Shown piece by piece: positions 50,781 through 63,440 of a stretch of DNA of 64,000 bases. Source of the stretch: Mobula hypostoma (lineage: Eukaryota); NCBI RefSeq assembly GCF_963921235.1, contig NC_086097.1:74030001-74094000 (forward strand), written 5' to 3'. A program made the position numbers and the translations under genes. Under the pieces are notes generated by a model. That model worked only from the letters and a program-made list of their open reading frames with translations. It did not search any database and had not been told where the DNA came from. The number at the start of each line of letters is the position of its first letter. The stretch's first letter is position 1.

Positions 50781-53019
50781 TGATAGAATTTGCTTCTGAG
50801 TGTGAGTAATACAGCTGTCAGGGACCTTAAAGAACAAGAATGATCATTTACGGGATGTCCGACCTTAGTACAGCCCATCTCCAATTGCTTTTGGCAATAT
50901 CATTGTAAACAAGCTTCTTGATTCAATTTGATCATGGAAATAAAACAATAGAAGTTCATGAAAACAACTTTCATGTGATAAGTTTAAAAAAAGAACACAT
51001 TTGAGAAATAAAGCATACAGCTGGACAACTGTAGAACTGCCTTTTCAAAAAAAATATACTCCTGCATGATATAAATTAATATGTGATCACTGAAGTTACG
51101 CAACCCCTTCATCATTCAGCCTTATTAGTTTGGAGTGAAATAACCTGTAATAAATGTATTCAAATGCCATTCAAGATGAATATCACAAATCACTTAATAT
51201 TATTGAGATAATAAATTTGTCATAAAGTTGCATATGCAGTATATCACCACAGTAAAAGAAACAAGTGCTGAATAATTAAATTCACCTATGAATATGGTCT
51301 ATACAATTCCAAACAATCCACATACAATTCATACTCATTGCAAAAATAAAATCTGTCAATATCTTGGTAAAATATTTTATTATAAATTTGGAGAAAAGAC
51401 CTAGTATTTGGAATTCAGAAATTAGGAATGCACTATGATTTGTACACACAACTGGTTTTGTGAACAATGCCTTGTATACAGCATCAATCATCATCCTAAA
51501 CCAAATCTTTAAAATACTGACTGATATCAAAGTAGAAAATGAAACAGCCTACCAGCTATTTACTACATATGTGCAAAAAGACAGTCTTCTCAATAAATAC
51601 AAACTACCAAAATAAAAAGAGAAAAATGTGGCTTATTAAATATAACATCATATTTTCCTGTAAAGGCTCATTAATCTGTGCAGCAGACATATCGATTTCA
51701 AGGTACTTTCTGTTTACTATTTTTAAAGGAATGCAGACTAATAAAATTCTTCTCTTTCTACTTCTTAAACTGTCTAATAACTTGTGATATTGACAGGTTT
51801 GATTAAAGGCATTTAAAAGTAATTACCTACCTCTGGCAGTCATTTTCCAACATCCTGCCTTTTCCTTATCTCTCCAAATTGTTTTGTGCTCAAATGTGTT
51901 TGCCTCTGGCAGATCTCTTTACAGTTTTATAAAAAAAGTGATTGATGATTTAAACTTTTTCTCTGATATTTGACAGCTGCTCATTTGCAGTTTGTGGTTA
52001 TACAAAGGACTGGGATTATGTTGTGTTAACAGACTGCTCCCATGCGGTCTGGATACCTACCAAAAGCTGCGACTTTGATTATCACGGCTTGAACATTAGA
52101 CAATATCATTTCTCTCAGCAAATCTTCCTGGTTTCGACGCCAGAGGTAAGCCAAAGGCTGGAGATTAAGTCGCTTGCACCTGTGAAGGGAAGGAAAGGTC
52201 TTCCAACTGGATATATTTCAGAAGTACTGATATACACTGTAACTTAAGGCACATCTTTTAACCCTGCGAATTTCCACCTTCAAAAATGGTTTCATTGGTG
52301 CAGAGTAAATATAATCTAAAATTATCCAACTGGTAATAATAAGTCAATAGACTCAAAAAAGGTTTTATACAACCACACATGAACTCCTATATTTATCGTA
52401 GTATTAAAATGTATTAACCTTTTTCTTTTGATAAGATTGCACAATACAAAGTTTGCTATAGAATGTTTAAAGACAGTCTTCCTCTCCTTATTATGCACAA
52501 CAAAAGAACAACTCGATGAAAGTCAGCCTGTCTTTGAACCTAACTACTAAAACTACAAAAAGCAGTTATACTGTCAGTATTTCAAATCATGAAATATAGA
52601 ATGATGGGGGTGGCAGCCCTCTATTAAAGCGAATTATGATTCATGCTGCTTCCTCCCTCACCCCATAATTGACTTAAATTGCAAAACTTACAAAAGCATT
52701 AAAATTGTGCACCTTCTGATTGTCAGTGCATCAGCATGCTCCGAATAAAAGGTAACTTGCTAAATTATTTGTGAGGTTCACCATTCTTATTCTACAGCAG
52801 GGCAGGTGATAACTTTTCTGTTCAATGAAACCAGCCAAATGCATGATTGCAATGAGTTACTTGGATCAAAGAGTGGTGGTCTGAGTGTTTACAGCGAATA
52901 AAGGCCCAATGCAGTAAAATTAGTGCATTCTATCAGCATGTGACATTGTTAATTGACTGTTGTGGAAGTTACTCTTGGAATGCACTGAAATGCGCCTTTA
53001 TGAATAGGTATGATAAAGG

Positions 53020-53520
53020 AGTAATTGTGAGAATCTGTTAAATGTTGGCATTCAGAGAAGTCTGGGTGCTCTCATACGTGAAATACAGAAATTCAGTGTG
53101 CATGTAATTAAGAAGGAAAATGGAATGCTGATCTTTACTGCAAGGGGGATGGAATACAAGACAAAGGGAAATTGGCTGCAACTGTCTGGGGCAATAGTGA
53201 GAACAACCCTGGAGCATTTTAGCTTCCTTGTTTAAGGAAGGGTATACTTGTCTTGGGTCAGCGAAGTGAAAAAATCATGGAATGATTCCTGATGAGATAA
53301 GAATGGGCCCAAACACTCTGGTGTTTTTTGGGGGGGGGGCGGTATTTAGTCACTACATTTATTTAAGTTTGAGATATCTTATAGAGGAATCAAGGGTAAG
53401 GGGGGAAAAAAGCAGTGAAGTATAGTTAATGCCAAAGTGAAATCAGCTGTGATTGTAATGAATTGCAGAGTAGAACCAAGGGGAACATAGCCCAAACTTT
53501 CTTCAAGTGTTTAAAGAAAT
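53020..53520 (+). mobile_element. Degenerate CR1 3' fragment
   Basis: KKENGMLIFTARGMEYK and a CR1-like 3' UTR. Confidence 0.6.
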
Positions 53521-54469
53521 GATGAGACAATACAGGCTAGAAATTCTTTTTAAGGCAAGGGGAAATCTGACAGTCAGACATGAAACAGTGCAACACAGAG
53601 AAAGCTGGAGGGACTCAGCAGGCCAAACAGCAACAGCTGTAATCTTCAAACAACTCTTCTGTCACTTGAGATGAATTAATGTTGAAAAATGTGTCAACCA
53701 TGCTGTGGAATTTGTACCAGGCAAGTTCAGAATAGACTTGGACACACCCTTCATCCCCCTCCCCTGGGAAGACCATGATCACATTCACTTATAGCAGCTG
53801 TGGGCCTCCCAATGTCCCAGAGGCCTGGTTGCCATGGATATCTAAGGAGATGGAGTGACCTATGGGCATCCGATGGTGCAGACTAAGCATCACCTCAGAC
53901 TGCTCTGACTGCCTTGCAATAGCTCATGCTGCCTGAAGGTCTTACCATGTAGCCAAAAACATTTGAAATACATTTAAACGATTAAAAGAATTTTTGAAGT
54001 ATTTAAGAACGCATTTATTATATGCCAGTTAATACACTGTTAGATACGTAAATAAATTAAAGGGTATTAACAGCAGGTTTATAATTAAGGTCAGCTACCC
54101 CATTCAAGTAAAAGGGCAAACACTTGTACACCAGCTGGTGTAAAGCTGTGGGTTCAGATATGAAGTGAATCCAGCCCCTCAGCTCAGGATGATGAGTTGC
54201 TCCAGCGCCACTGGGCTTCCAAGGTTGTGGCAGGGAGTTGGAGAGAAGAGGCAAGGCATCCAGCCATCTGTTGTATTCCACAGTTGCACAGGCGTGGAAA
54301 TTCACTGACTCCATTCCAGCAGCCAAGCAGCATTTCTCTACGGAACCACAGTAAGCCACTAATGCAATCCAGACTACTCATTCAATAACCATGGAGAAAG
54401 ACACATTTCAATATGTAGATGTAAGCAGATCTCCTAAATTCTACGCTGCAGCATGATGAAGCACTTTCA

Positions 54470-57400
54470 TAAGACTATAAGATTCAGGAGCAGAATTAGG
54501 CCATTTAGCCCATTGAGCCTGCTTTGCCATTTCATCACGTTGGATCCATTTTTCCTCTCAGCCTGAATCTCCTGCCTTCTCCCTGTATCCCTTCATGCCC
54601 TGACCAATCAAGGATCTATCAACCCCTGCCTTAAATATATGTAAAGACTTGGCCTCCACAGCTACCAGTGGCAGCGAGTTCCAGATTCACCACAGTCTGG
54701 CTAGAGATTTCTCCCCACCTCTGTTCTAAAAGGATGCCACTCTATTCTGAGGCTGTACTACTGGTTTAAGACTCTCCCACCACAGGAAACATCTTCTCCA
54801 CACCCACTCTATCAAGGCCTATTACCATTTGATAGGTTTCAGTTAAGTCACATCTCATTCTTCTGAATTCCAGTGAACACAGGCCCAGAGCCATCAAACA
54901 CTCTTCATAAGACAAGCCATTCAATCCTGGAATCATTTTCGTGAACCTCCTTTGAGCCTTCTCCAGTTTCAGCATATCCTTTCTAAGATAAGGGGTCCAA
55001 GACTGCTCACAGTGAGAAGTGAGGCCTCACCAGTGCTTTATAAATTCTCAATATTACATCCTTGCTTTTCAGTCGTCTTGAAATGAGTACTAAGCACAGA
55101 CTCAAAGAAGGCCTCCCTTTGCACCTCGGTTTCTGTATCTTCTCTCCATTTAGAAAATAGACTACCCCTTCATTTCTTCTATCAAAGTGCATGACCATTC
55201 ACTTCCTGTAACTGTATTCCATCTGCCACTTCTTTGCCACTTCTCCTATTCTAAGTTCTTCCATAGCCTCTCTACTTCTTCAAAACTACCTGCCCCTTAA
55301 TCTATCTTCATATTGTCCGCAAACTTTGCAACTAAACCATCAATTCCATCATCCTAATTATTGACACATAATGTGAAAAGAACTGGTCCCAACACAGACT
55401 CCTGTGGAACACTAATAGACATGGTAGCCAAACAGAAAAGGCTCCCTTTATTCACACTTTTTGCCTCCTGCCAATCCAGCCACTGCTTTATCCATGCTAG
55501 AATCTTTCCTGTAATACCATGGGCTCGTAGCTTGTTAAGCCGCCTCATGTGTGGCACCTTGTCAAAGGACTTCTGAAAATCCAATTACATAACATCAACC
55601 GATTCTCCTCTGTCTATCCTGCTTGTTATTTCTTCAAAGAATTCCAACAGATTTGTCAGGCAAGATTTTCCCTTGAGGAAACCGTGCTGACTATAGCCTA
55701 TTTTATCATGTGCCTCCAAGTATTTTGAGACCTCATCCGTAATGATTGACTCCAACTTCTTCCCAATCATTGAGGTCAGACTAACTGGCCTTTAGTTTCC
55801 TTCCTTCTGTCTCTCTCCCTTCTTGAAGAGTGGAATGACATCTGCATTTTTCCGGTCTTCAGGAATCATTCCAGAATCTAACGATTCCTGAAAGATCATT
55901 ACTAGTGCCTCCACTATCTCTTCAACTACCTCCTTTAGAACCCTGGAGTGTATACCATCTAGTCTAGGTAACTTATCTACATTCAGACCTTTCAGTTTCC
56001 CAAGAACCTCCTCTCTAGTTATGGTAACTTCCTGCTCCCTGACACCTGGAACTTCCCAGTGGGCTGATATCCACTCTCGCCTCTCTTTAATACTTTATGT
56101 ATTTGAAGAAACTTTTGGTATGCTCTTTAATATTATTTGCGAGCTTACTTTCATATTCAATCTTTACCATAATAACTTCTGTAGTTGGCTTCTGTTTTTT
56201 TTTAAAGCTTCCCAATCCTCTAACTTCCCACCAACTTTTGCTCTATTGTATGCCCTTTTCTGGCTTTTATGTTAGCTTTGACTTTTCTTGTTAGCCACAG
56301 TTGTGTCATCTTGTCATTGGGATATATATATGCTGTACCTTTTGAATTGCTTCCAGATACTCCAGACATTGCTACTCTGCCATCATCCCTGCCAATGTTC
56401 TTTGCCAATTAATTCCAGCCAACTCCTCTCTCAGGCCTCTGTAATCCCCTTTACTCCACTGTAAAACTGATACATCTGACTTTAGCTTCTCCTTCTCAAA
56501 TTTCAGGGTGAATTCAAACACATTATGATCACTTCCCCCTGAGGGTTATTTTACCTTAAACCCTCTAATCAATTCTGGTTCAATACACAACACCTAATCA
56601 AGAATAGCTGATACCCTAGTGGGTTCAACCATGAGCTGCTCTAAAAACCCATCTTGTAGCCATTCTAGAAATTGCCCCTCTTGGAATCTAGCACCAACCT
56701 GATATTCCCAATCTACCTGCAGATTGAAGTCCCCCATGACTATTGTAACATTCTCTCTTTGTCATGCATTTTCTATCTCCCATTGTAATTTGTACAAATG
56801 TAGACTACATCTTTACTACTGTTTGGGAGACTGCATACAACTCCCATCAGGGTATTTTTATCCTTGCAGTTCCTTAGCTCTATCCACAATGATTCAACAT
56901 CTTCTGACCCTACGTCACCTCTTTCTAATGATTTGATTTCATTTTCTTACCAACAGAGCAACAACACCCCCTCTACCTTCCTGCCTGTCCTTTCGATACA
57001 ATGTGTACTCTTGGACATTAAGCTTCCAGCTATACATGCCAACCTGGAACTGTGCTACAAGTTCATCTACCTTATTCCATATACGGCGCGGATTCAAATA
57101 TAACACCTTCAGTCCTGTATTCACCCTTTTCAAATTTGTCCGCCTTTTACACTGCAGCTCATCCTGTTGACTGCGATTTTGCCTTATCAACAGCCTCTTC
57201 TTACTATGCATTGCCTCTGTTTGTAAACCAGCTATTTCATTTTTAGCACTATCATTCCAGTTCCCATCCCCCTGCCAAATTAGTTTAAACCAACCCAAAC
57301 AACTCTAGCCACCCTGCCTGCAATGATATTGGACCCCCTCTGGTTCAGGTGTAACTTGTTCCTTTTGTACAAGTCATATCTTCTCCAGAAGAGATCCCAA

Positions 57401-57610
57401 TGATCCATAAATCTGAACCCCTGCCCCCTGCACCAGTTCTTCAGCCATGCATTCGCCTACCATATCAAGCCATTCCTGCCCTCACTGGCAGGTGGCACAA
57501 GAGATTCTGTTTCTCAACTTTCTACCTAGCTTCCTAAAATCTCTCTCAGGATCTCCTCAATTTGTCTACCTATGTCATTGGTGCCAATATGTACCAAGAC
57601 ATCTGGCTGA
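54470..57610 (-). mobile_element. Long CR1 LINE (ORF1 esterase end plus ORF2, degenerate)
   Basis: QPDVLVHIGTNDIG (ORF1), LKVLYLN, SQHGFLKGKSCLTNLLEFFEE and DFQKSFDKVPH; TCTTATAGTCTTATG tail. Confidence 0.92.
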
Positions 57611-57884
57611 TGTGTTTTGAGAGTCTTTTTCCTCTTGGCTACATATCCAGAATGAGACAGCCATTCAGGAATGAGATTTGGAGGAATTTGTTCATTCACA
57701 AGAATTGTCAATTAATTTTCTCCCCTCCAGGTAAGTAAATACTGATTCAAGAATTGAGATATTTCGATCCAAGAAAACAGAGGGCAGTGAGTATATACAG
57801 AAACATTATCCATGAAAAATGAGTGCAGATTAGAGTTTTGGGCTTAATGCTCTTTCCTTAAAGAACAAGATACATTGAATTGGG

Positions 57885-58180
57885 TGTTAATGTAGTGTCG
57901 CAGTTAGCATGACACTATTGCCACATGGAATGTTGGAGTTCAGAGTTCAATTCCGGCATCATCTGTAAGGAGTACTTCCTTCCTGTGTAATGTATGGATT
58001 TTTTCTGAGCTCTCTGGTTTGCTCCCGCAGACCAAAGGCATACCAGGTAGGTTAACTGGTTATTGTAAATTGTCCGGTGATTAGGTTCAGATTAAATCAG
58101 AATTGTCGGGGGTTGCTGGGGCACTGCGCCTCAGAGGGCCAGAAAGTCCTAATCCATGCTGTATCGCTAAATAAAATTTA
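57885..58180 (+). mobile_element. tRNA-derived V-type SINE
   Basis: B-box-like GAGTTCAATTCC, V-domain-like centre and TAAATAAA tail. Homologous to 2090-2395. Confidence 0.75.
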
Positions 58181-58864
58181 AAAAATAATTGTTGAATAAG
58201 ATGCTAATATTGGGAGGCTCAAGTAGAAAGTTTGTGTATGCAAACTTCTATTAACAATAAAGTGCCAGAAGATAAAAAGCAAGTCAGAAGATAACATTGT
58301 GACAAAGTTATTTTATGGTATGAATATGGTCCAGGAAGTTTTTATGGGTCATATCGCAGTATTGCAATTTAATCTTATAAATTTAAAATTGCATTTCATC
58401 AAAGGGCGGAGAATAGAAAAAGAATTGGACTTTCCCTATTCATATCAATGCTTTCTTTTCCATAATGATTGCCAAAAAAAGCAGGGGTCTGTAAATCTGT
58501 CCACGCACAAGTCTCTGTACTGACAATGTGATGTGTACCACACATGAATGTGCTTAGTTACAAATACTTCATCGAGAAAGACACTGAAATGTTGCTGAAA
58601 AGCACAATGAAAACAAAGGGATGTGATGTGTGAATGATTGGTTGGAGGATGAAGAGATGGCAGCTGAGGACAATCAATCTGACAACTGGTTCACAATGTT
58701 GTGTTCACTGTTCCAGAGTACAGACCATACAAGGATTGCTTTGAAATGAAATCAAGAAATGCTGGTGAATTACATAGAGGAAATATTTCCTCATTTCAAG
58801 CTCTCCAAAGAACAATGGCAGTTTCATCAAAATGAAAGAAGTTGCAAACATATCCAGAATTGAA

Positions 58865-60465
58865 ATCATAGTCATATTGCATGGAAGCAGGTCCCCAGCC
58901 CAACAAGTCCATACAGACTTTGTTGCCCTGTGAGCTACTCCCATCTGCTCATGTTTGGTTCATAGCCCTCTAAATCTCTCCTATCTACGTACTTACATGG
59001 CTGGCTTTTAAATGTTGATAATTATCTCTGGCAGTTCACTTCAAATACACATCAACCTTTGTGTGAAGGGGCTGCCCTTGATGTCCCTTCTAAATCTCTC
59101 ACCTCTGGTCTTAAACCTAAGACCTCATTTTTTATAGTACCCCTACCCTGCAAAATGATATGTGCTTTCACCTTGTGTACATCACTCATGATTTTATAAA
59201 CCCTATCAGGTCACCTCTCAACCTTCTAGTCTACACAACCTCTCCTTGTAACTCAGGCCCCCAAGTCCAGGTAATGTGCTGGTAGATCTTTTCTTACTCT
59301 TTCACACAACAGGACGACCAAAACTGTACAGAATATTCCCAATGCAACCTTACCAACATCATAGAGTAATATGAACAGAAAAAGGCCCTCTCCACCAACC
59401 TCTCCTCCCTGTTATTCCAGCTACCCACACTCGGCCTATAATCCTCCAAGCCCTTCTCCTCCATGTACCTATCCAAATGCCGCTTAAATGTTGCAATTGT
59501 ACCCACCTCTATCACTTTCTCTGGCAGTTAATTCCAGGTACTCACTATCCTCTGTGTAAAGAAGTTACCTGTCAGGTTTCTTTCAAATTTTTCCCCTCTT
59601 GTCTAGTATCTGTGCCCTCTAGTTTTGGATTCTACAACCCTGGGAAAAGACTATGACTGTTCACCTTACTCACACCCCTCATGACTTTATGTACATTTCT
59701 TGTTGTCCTGTGCTCCAAGGAATAAAGATCATGACCAACCTCTCCCTATTACTCAGAGCCCCTCATCTAAGCAGCACTCTCATAAATCTCTCGTGCACTC
59801 TCTCCAGCTTGATAATGTCTTTCCTATAACAGGATGACCAAAACTATGCACAATATTCCAAACAACAGGAATTCTGCAGATGCTGGAAATTCAAGCAACA
59901 CACATAAAAGTTGCTGGTGAACACAGCAGGCCAGGCAGCATCTCTAGGAAGAGGTGCACTCAACGTTTCAGGGTCTCGGCCTGAAACGTCGACTGCACCT
60001 CTTCCTAGAGATGCTGCCTGGCCTGCTGTGTTCACCAGCAACTTTTATGTGTGTTGCACAATATTCCAAGTGCAGTCTCACCAACGACTTATATAAATGC
60101 AACATACAGTCCCTTCTCCTAAACGTAATGGCTTGGTTGATGAAGGCCAGTATGCTAACCAAGTTCTTCACCATCCTGTCTACCTGTGCAGCTACTCCTT
60201 GGTCTCTCTATTCTACAACACTCCTCATTGTTCTGCCATTTACTGTATGTAAGTATTACCCTGGTTTGAATGTCCAAAGTACATTACCTCACACGTGAAA
60301 GTTGAAATTCATTTGCCATTCCTCATTCCGTCTCTCTAACTACTCAAGATTTTGTTGTAATTCATTGTGACCTGTTTCACTGTAAAAGTCTTCTGATTTA
60401 GTAGCAAACTTGCTAATCACGCCATATACATTTGCATCCAAATTATTTACAAAAATAATGAATAA
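58865..60465 (-). mobile_element. Two or more degenerate CR1 3' portions; the second continues at 63440-64000
   Basis: LVRLHWEYSVQFW, LVRLHLEYC and SKFA; QHGF and DKVP after the Rex1 insertion. Confidence 0.8.
59862..60054. mobile_element. Fold-back Penelope-like mini-element with a perfect 64-bp inverted repeat and 15-bp TSD
   Basis: TSD TGCACAATATTCCAA at 59847-59861 and 60055-60069; arms at 59895-59958 and 59994-60057. Confidence 0.9.
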
Positions 60466-60467
60466 GA

Positions 60468-63440
60468 AGTTCCTTATCAAGCGAGGGAAGAGGACCGGGT
60501 CGAGACAAAAAGGCTTATGGAGAAGAGAAGTTATAAGCCGTGTCTCCCCTCTCTCATCATGGGAAATGTGAGATCGCTGGAGAATAAAATGGATGAACTG
60601 ACGGCGCTTGTCAGGAGTCAGAGAACATTTCGGGAGAGTAGTGTCATGTGCTTCACTGAGACGTGGCTGCACGAGGACATACCCGATCAAAGCGTTTCCA
60701 TAGAGGGCTTCCAGACCGTTCAAGCTGACCAGAATTGCACTGAGAGCGGTAAGCGTAAAGGAGGGGGGCTGGGGGTTCTGGTAAATAACAGATGGTGCAA
60801 TCCTGGGCATATTATGATCAAGGAACGTGTCTGTAGCCCGGATATTGAAATCTTTGCTGTTAGACTCCGGCCATATTATTTGCCAAGGGAAATCTCGCGT
60901 GCAATTGTGGTTGTTGTGTACATCCCTCCCTCTGCCAACCCGACGTCAGCATGTAACATCATTTACACCGTCATAGCCAGATTACAAACCCAGCACCCGA
61001 GTGCTCTCATTACCATCTCGGGTGACTTCAACCAGGTTACCATGGCTAGAACACTGCCCAACTTCACGCAGTATGTGAGCTGTACAACCAGAGGTGAGAG
61101 GACTCTGGATTTGATGTACGCTAACGTTAAGGATGCATACAGCTCCTCTCCCCTCCCCCCACTGGGAAGGTCAGATCACAACCTGGTGCATCTAAAACCC
61201 TCCTATGTGCCTCTGGTGAAGAGTAAATCTGCAACCTCGAGGACAGTGAGAAAACGGTCGGAGGAGGCTTATGAGGCGCTCCAAGGTTGTTCTGAGGTGA
61301 CAGACTGGCAGGCACTCTGTGAGCCACATGGAGTGGATATTGATCGGCTCACAGAGTGCATCACTGATTGCATCAACTTCTGTGTGGACTGCAATGTTGC
61401 AACAAGAACTGCCCTTTGTTATTCAAATAATAAGCCATGGGTGAAAAAGGACATTAAGGACATCCTGAACGCTAAAAAGAGGGTGATTAGAGATGGAAAT
61501 AGGGAGGAGCTGAGGGCAATACAGAGGAACCTGAAAGCCAGGATCAGGGAGGCTAAAGACAGGTACAGGAGGAAGCTTGAGTGGAAACTCCAGCAGAACA
61601 ACATGAGGGAGGTCTGGAGGGGGATGAGGACCATCACTGGGATCTGGCAAATTAGCAACAGAGGAGCTGAATGCAGTGTGGACGGGGCCAATGAACTTAA
61701 CCTGTTCTTTAACAGATTTGACAGTGTGGCTCCTGCCCATCCCCCACATGAACCATCTGTTGTCGGCCCCCAACCAACACATATTCCACTCTCCCCTCCT
61801 ACCCCTCCTCACAGTCCCCCACCCTGCTGTCATGACTATACCACTTCCCCACACGAAACCATCCACGGTAGGCCTCACAGCTGAACATGTGAGAAGACAG
61901 CTGAAATATCTCAACCCAAGCAAGGCTGCAGGACCAAATGGTATCAGTACCAGGGTGCTCAAAGCCTGTGCCCCTCAGCTATGTGGAGTACTTCGCCATG
62001 TATTCAACCTGAGACTGAGGCTCCGGAGGGTTCCTGTACTGTGGAAAACGTCCTGCCTTGTCCCTGTGCCGAAGACACTGCTCCCCAGCGGCCTTAATGA
62101 CTACAGACCGGTGGCATTGACCTCCCACATCATGAAAACCCTGGAGAGACTTGTTCTGGAGCTGCTCCAGCCTATGGTCAGGCCACACTTAGATCCCCTC
62201 CAGTTCGCCTACCAGCCCCGACTCGGAGTTGAGGATGTCATCATCTACCTGTTGAACCGTGTCTACGCCCACCTGGACAAGCCAGCGAGCACTGTGAGGG
62301 TCATATTTTTTGACTTCTCCAGTGCACTCAACACCATCCACCCTGCTCTGCTGGGGGAGAAGCTGACAGCGATGCAGGTGGTTGCTTCCCTGGTATCATG
62401 GATTCTTGATTACCTGACTGGCAGACCACAGTACATGTGCTTGCAACACTGTGTGTCCAACAGAGTGATCAGCAGCACTGGGGCTCTGCAGGGGACTGTC
62501 TTGTCTCCCTTTCTCTTCACCATTTACATCTCGGACTTCAACTTCTGCACAGAGTCTTGTCATCTTCAGAAGTTTTCTGATGACTCTGCCATAGTTGGAT
62601 GCATCAGCAAGGGAGATGAGGTTGAGTACAGGGCTACGGTAGGAAACTTTGTCACATGGTGTGAGCAGAATTATCTGCAGCTTAATGTGAAAAAGACTAA
62701 GGAGCTGGTAGTAGACCTGAGGAGAGCTAAGGTACCGGTGACCCCTGTTTCCATCCAGGGGGTCAGTGTGGACACGGTGGAGGATTACAAGTACCTGGGG
62801 ATACGAATTGACAATAAACTGGACTGGTCAAAGAACACAGAGGCTGTCTACAAGAAGGGTCAGAGCCGTCTCTATTTCCTAAGGAGACTGAGGTCCTTTA
62901 ACATCTGACGGATGATGCTGAGGATGTTCTACGAGTCTGTGGTGGCCAGTGCTATCATGTTTGCTATTGTGTGCTGCGGCAGCAGGCTGAGGGTAGCAGA
63001 CACCAACAGAATCAACAAACTCATTCGTAAGGCCAGTGATGTTGTGGGGATGGAACTGGACTCTCTCACGGTGGTGTCTGAAAAGAGGATGCTGTCTAAG
63101 TTGCATGCCATCTTGGTCAATGTCTCCCATCCACTACATAACGTTCTGGGTGGGCACAGGAGTACATTCAGCCAGAGACTCATTCCACCGAGATGCAGCA
63201 CAGAGCGTCATAGGAAGTCATTCCTGCCTGTGGCCATCAGACATTACAACTCCTCCCTTGGAGCGTCAGACACCCTGAGCCAATAGGCTGGTCCTGGACT
63301 TATTTCATAATTTACTGGCATAATTTACATATTACTATTTAACTAGTCATGGTTCTATTACTATTTATTATTTATGGTGCAACTGTAACAAAAACCAGTT
63401 TCCCCCGGGATCAATAAAGTATGACTATGACTATGACTAC
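60468..63440 (+). mobile_element. Young Rex1/Babar LINE with almost intact EN-RT ORF (60517-63286)
   Basis: NVRSL, CFTETWL, GDFN, SDH, NDYRPVALTS, DFSSALNTI, LQGTVLSP and KFSDDS. One frameshift near 61862 and one TGA at 62906-62908. AATAAA followed by a (TATGAC)n tail. Confidence 0.95.

Noticed and set aside
51825..51920. Minus-strand donor-like AG|GTAGGT with a short open frame
   Set aside because: The peptide is unrelated to DPH6 and there is no convincing acceptor.
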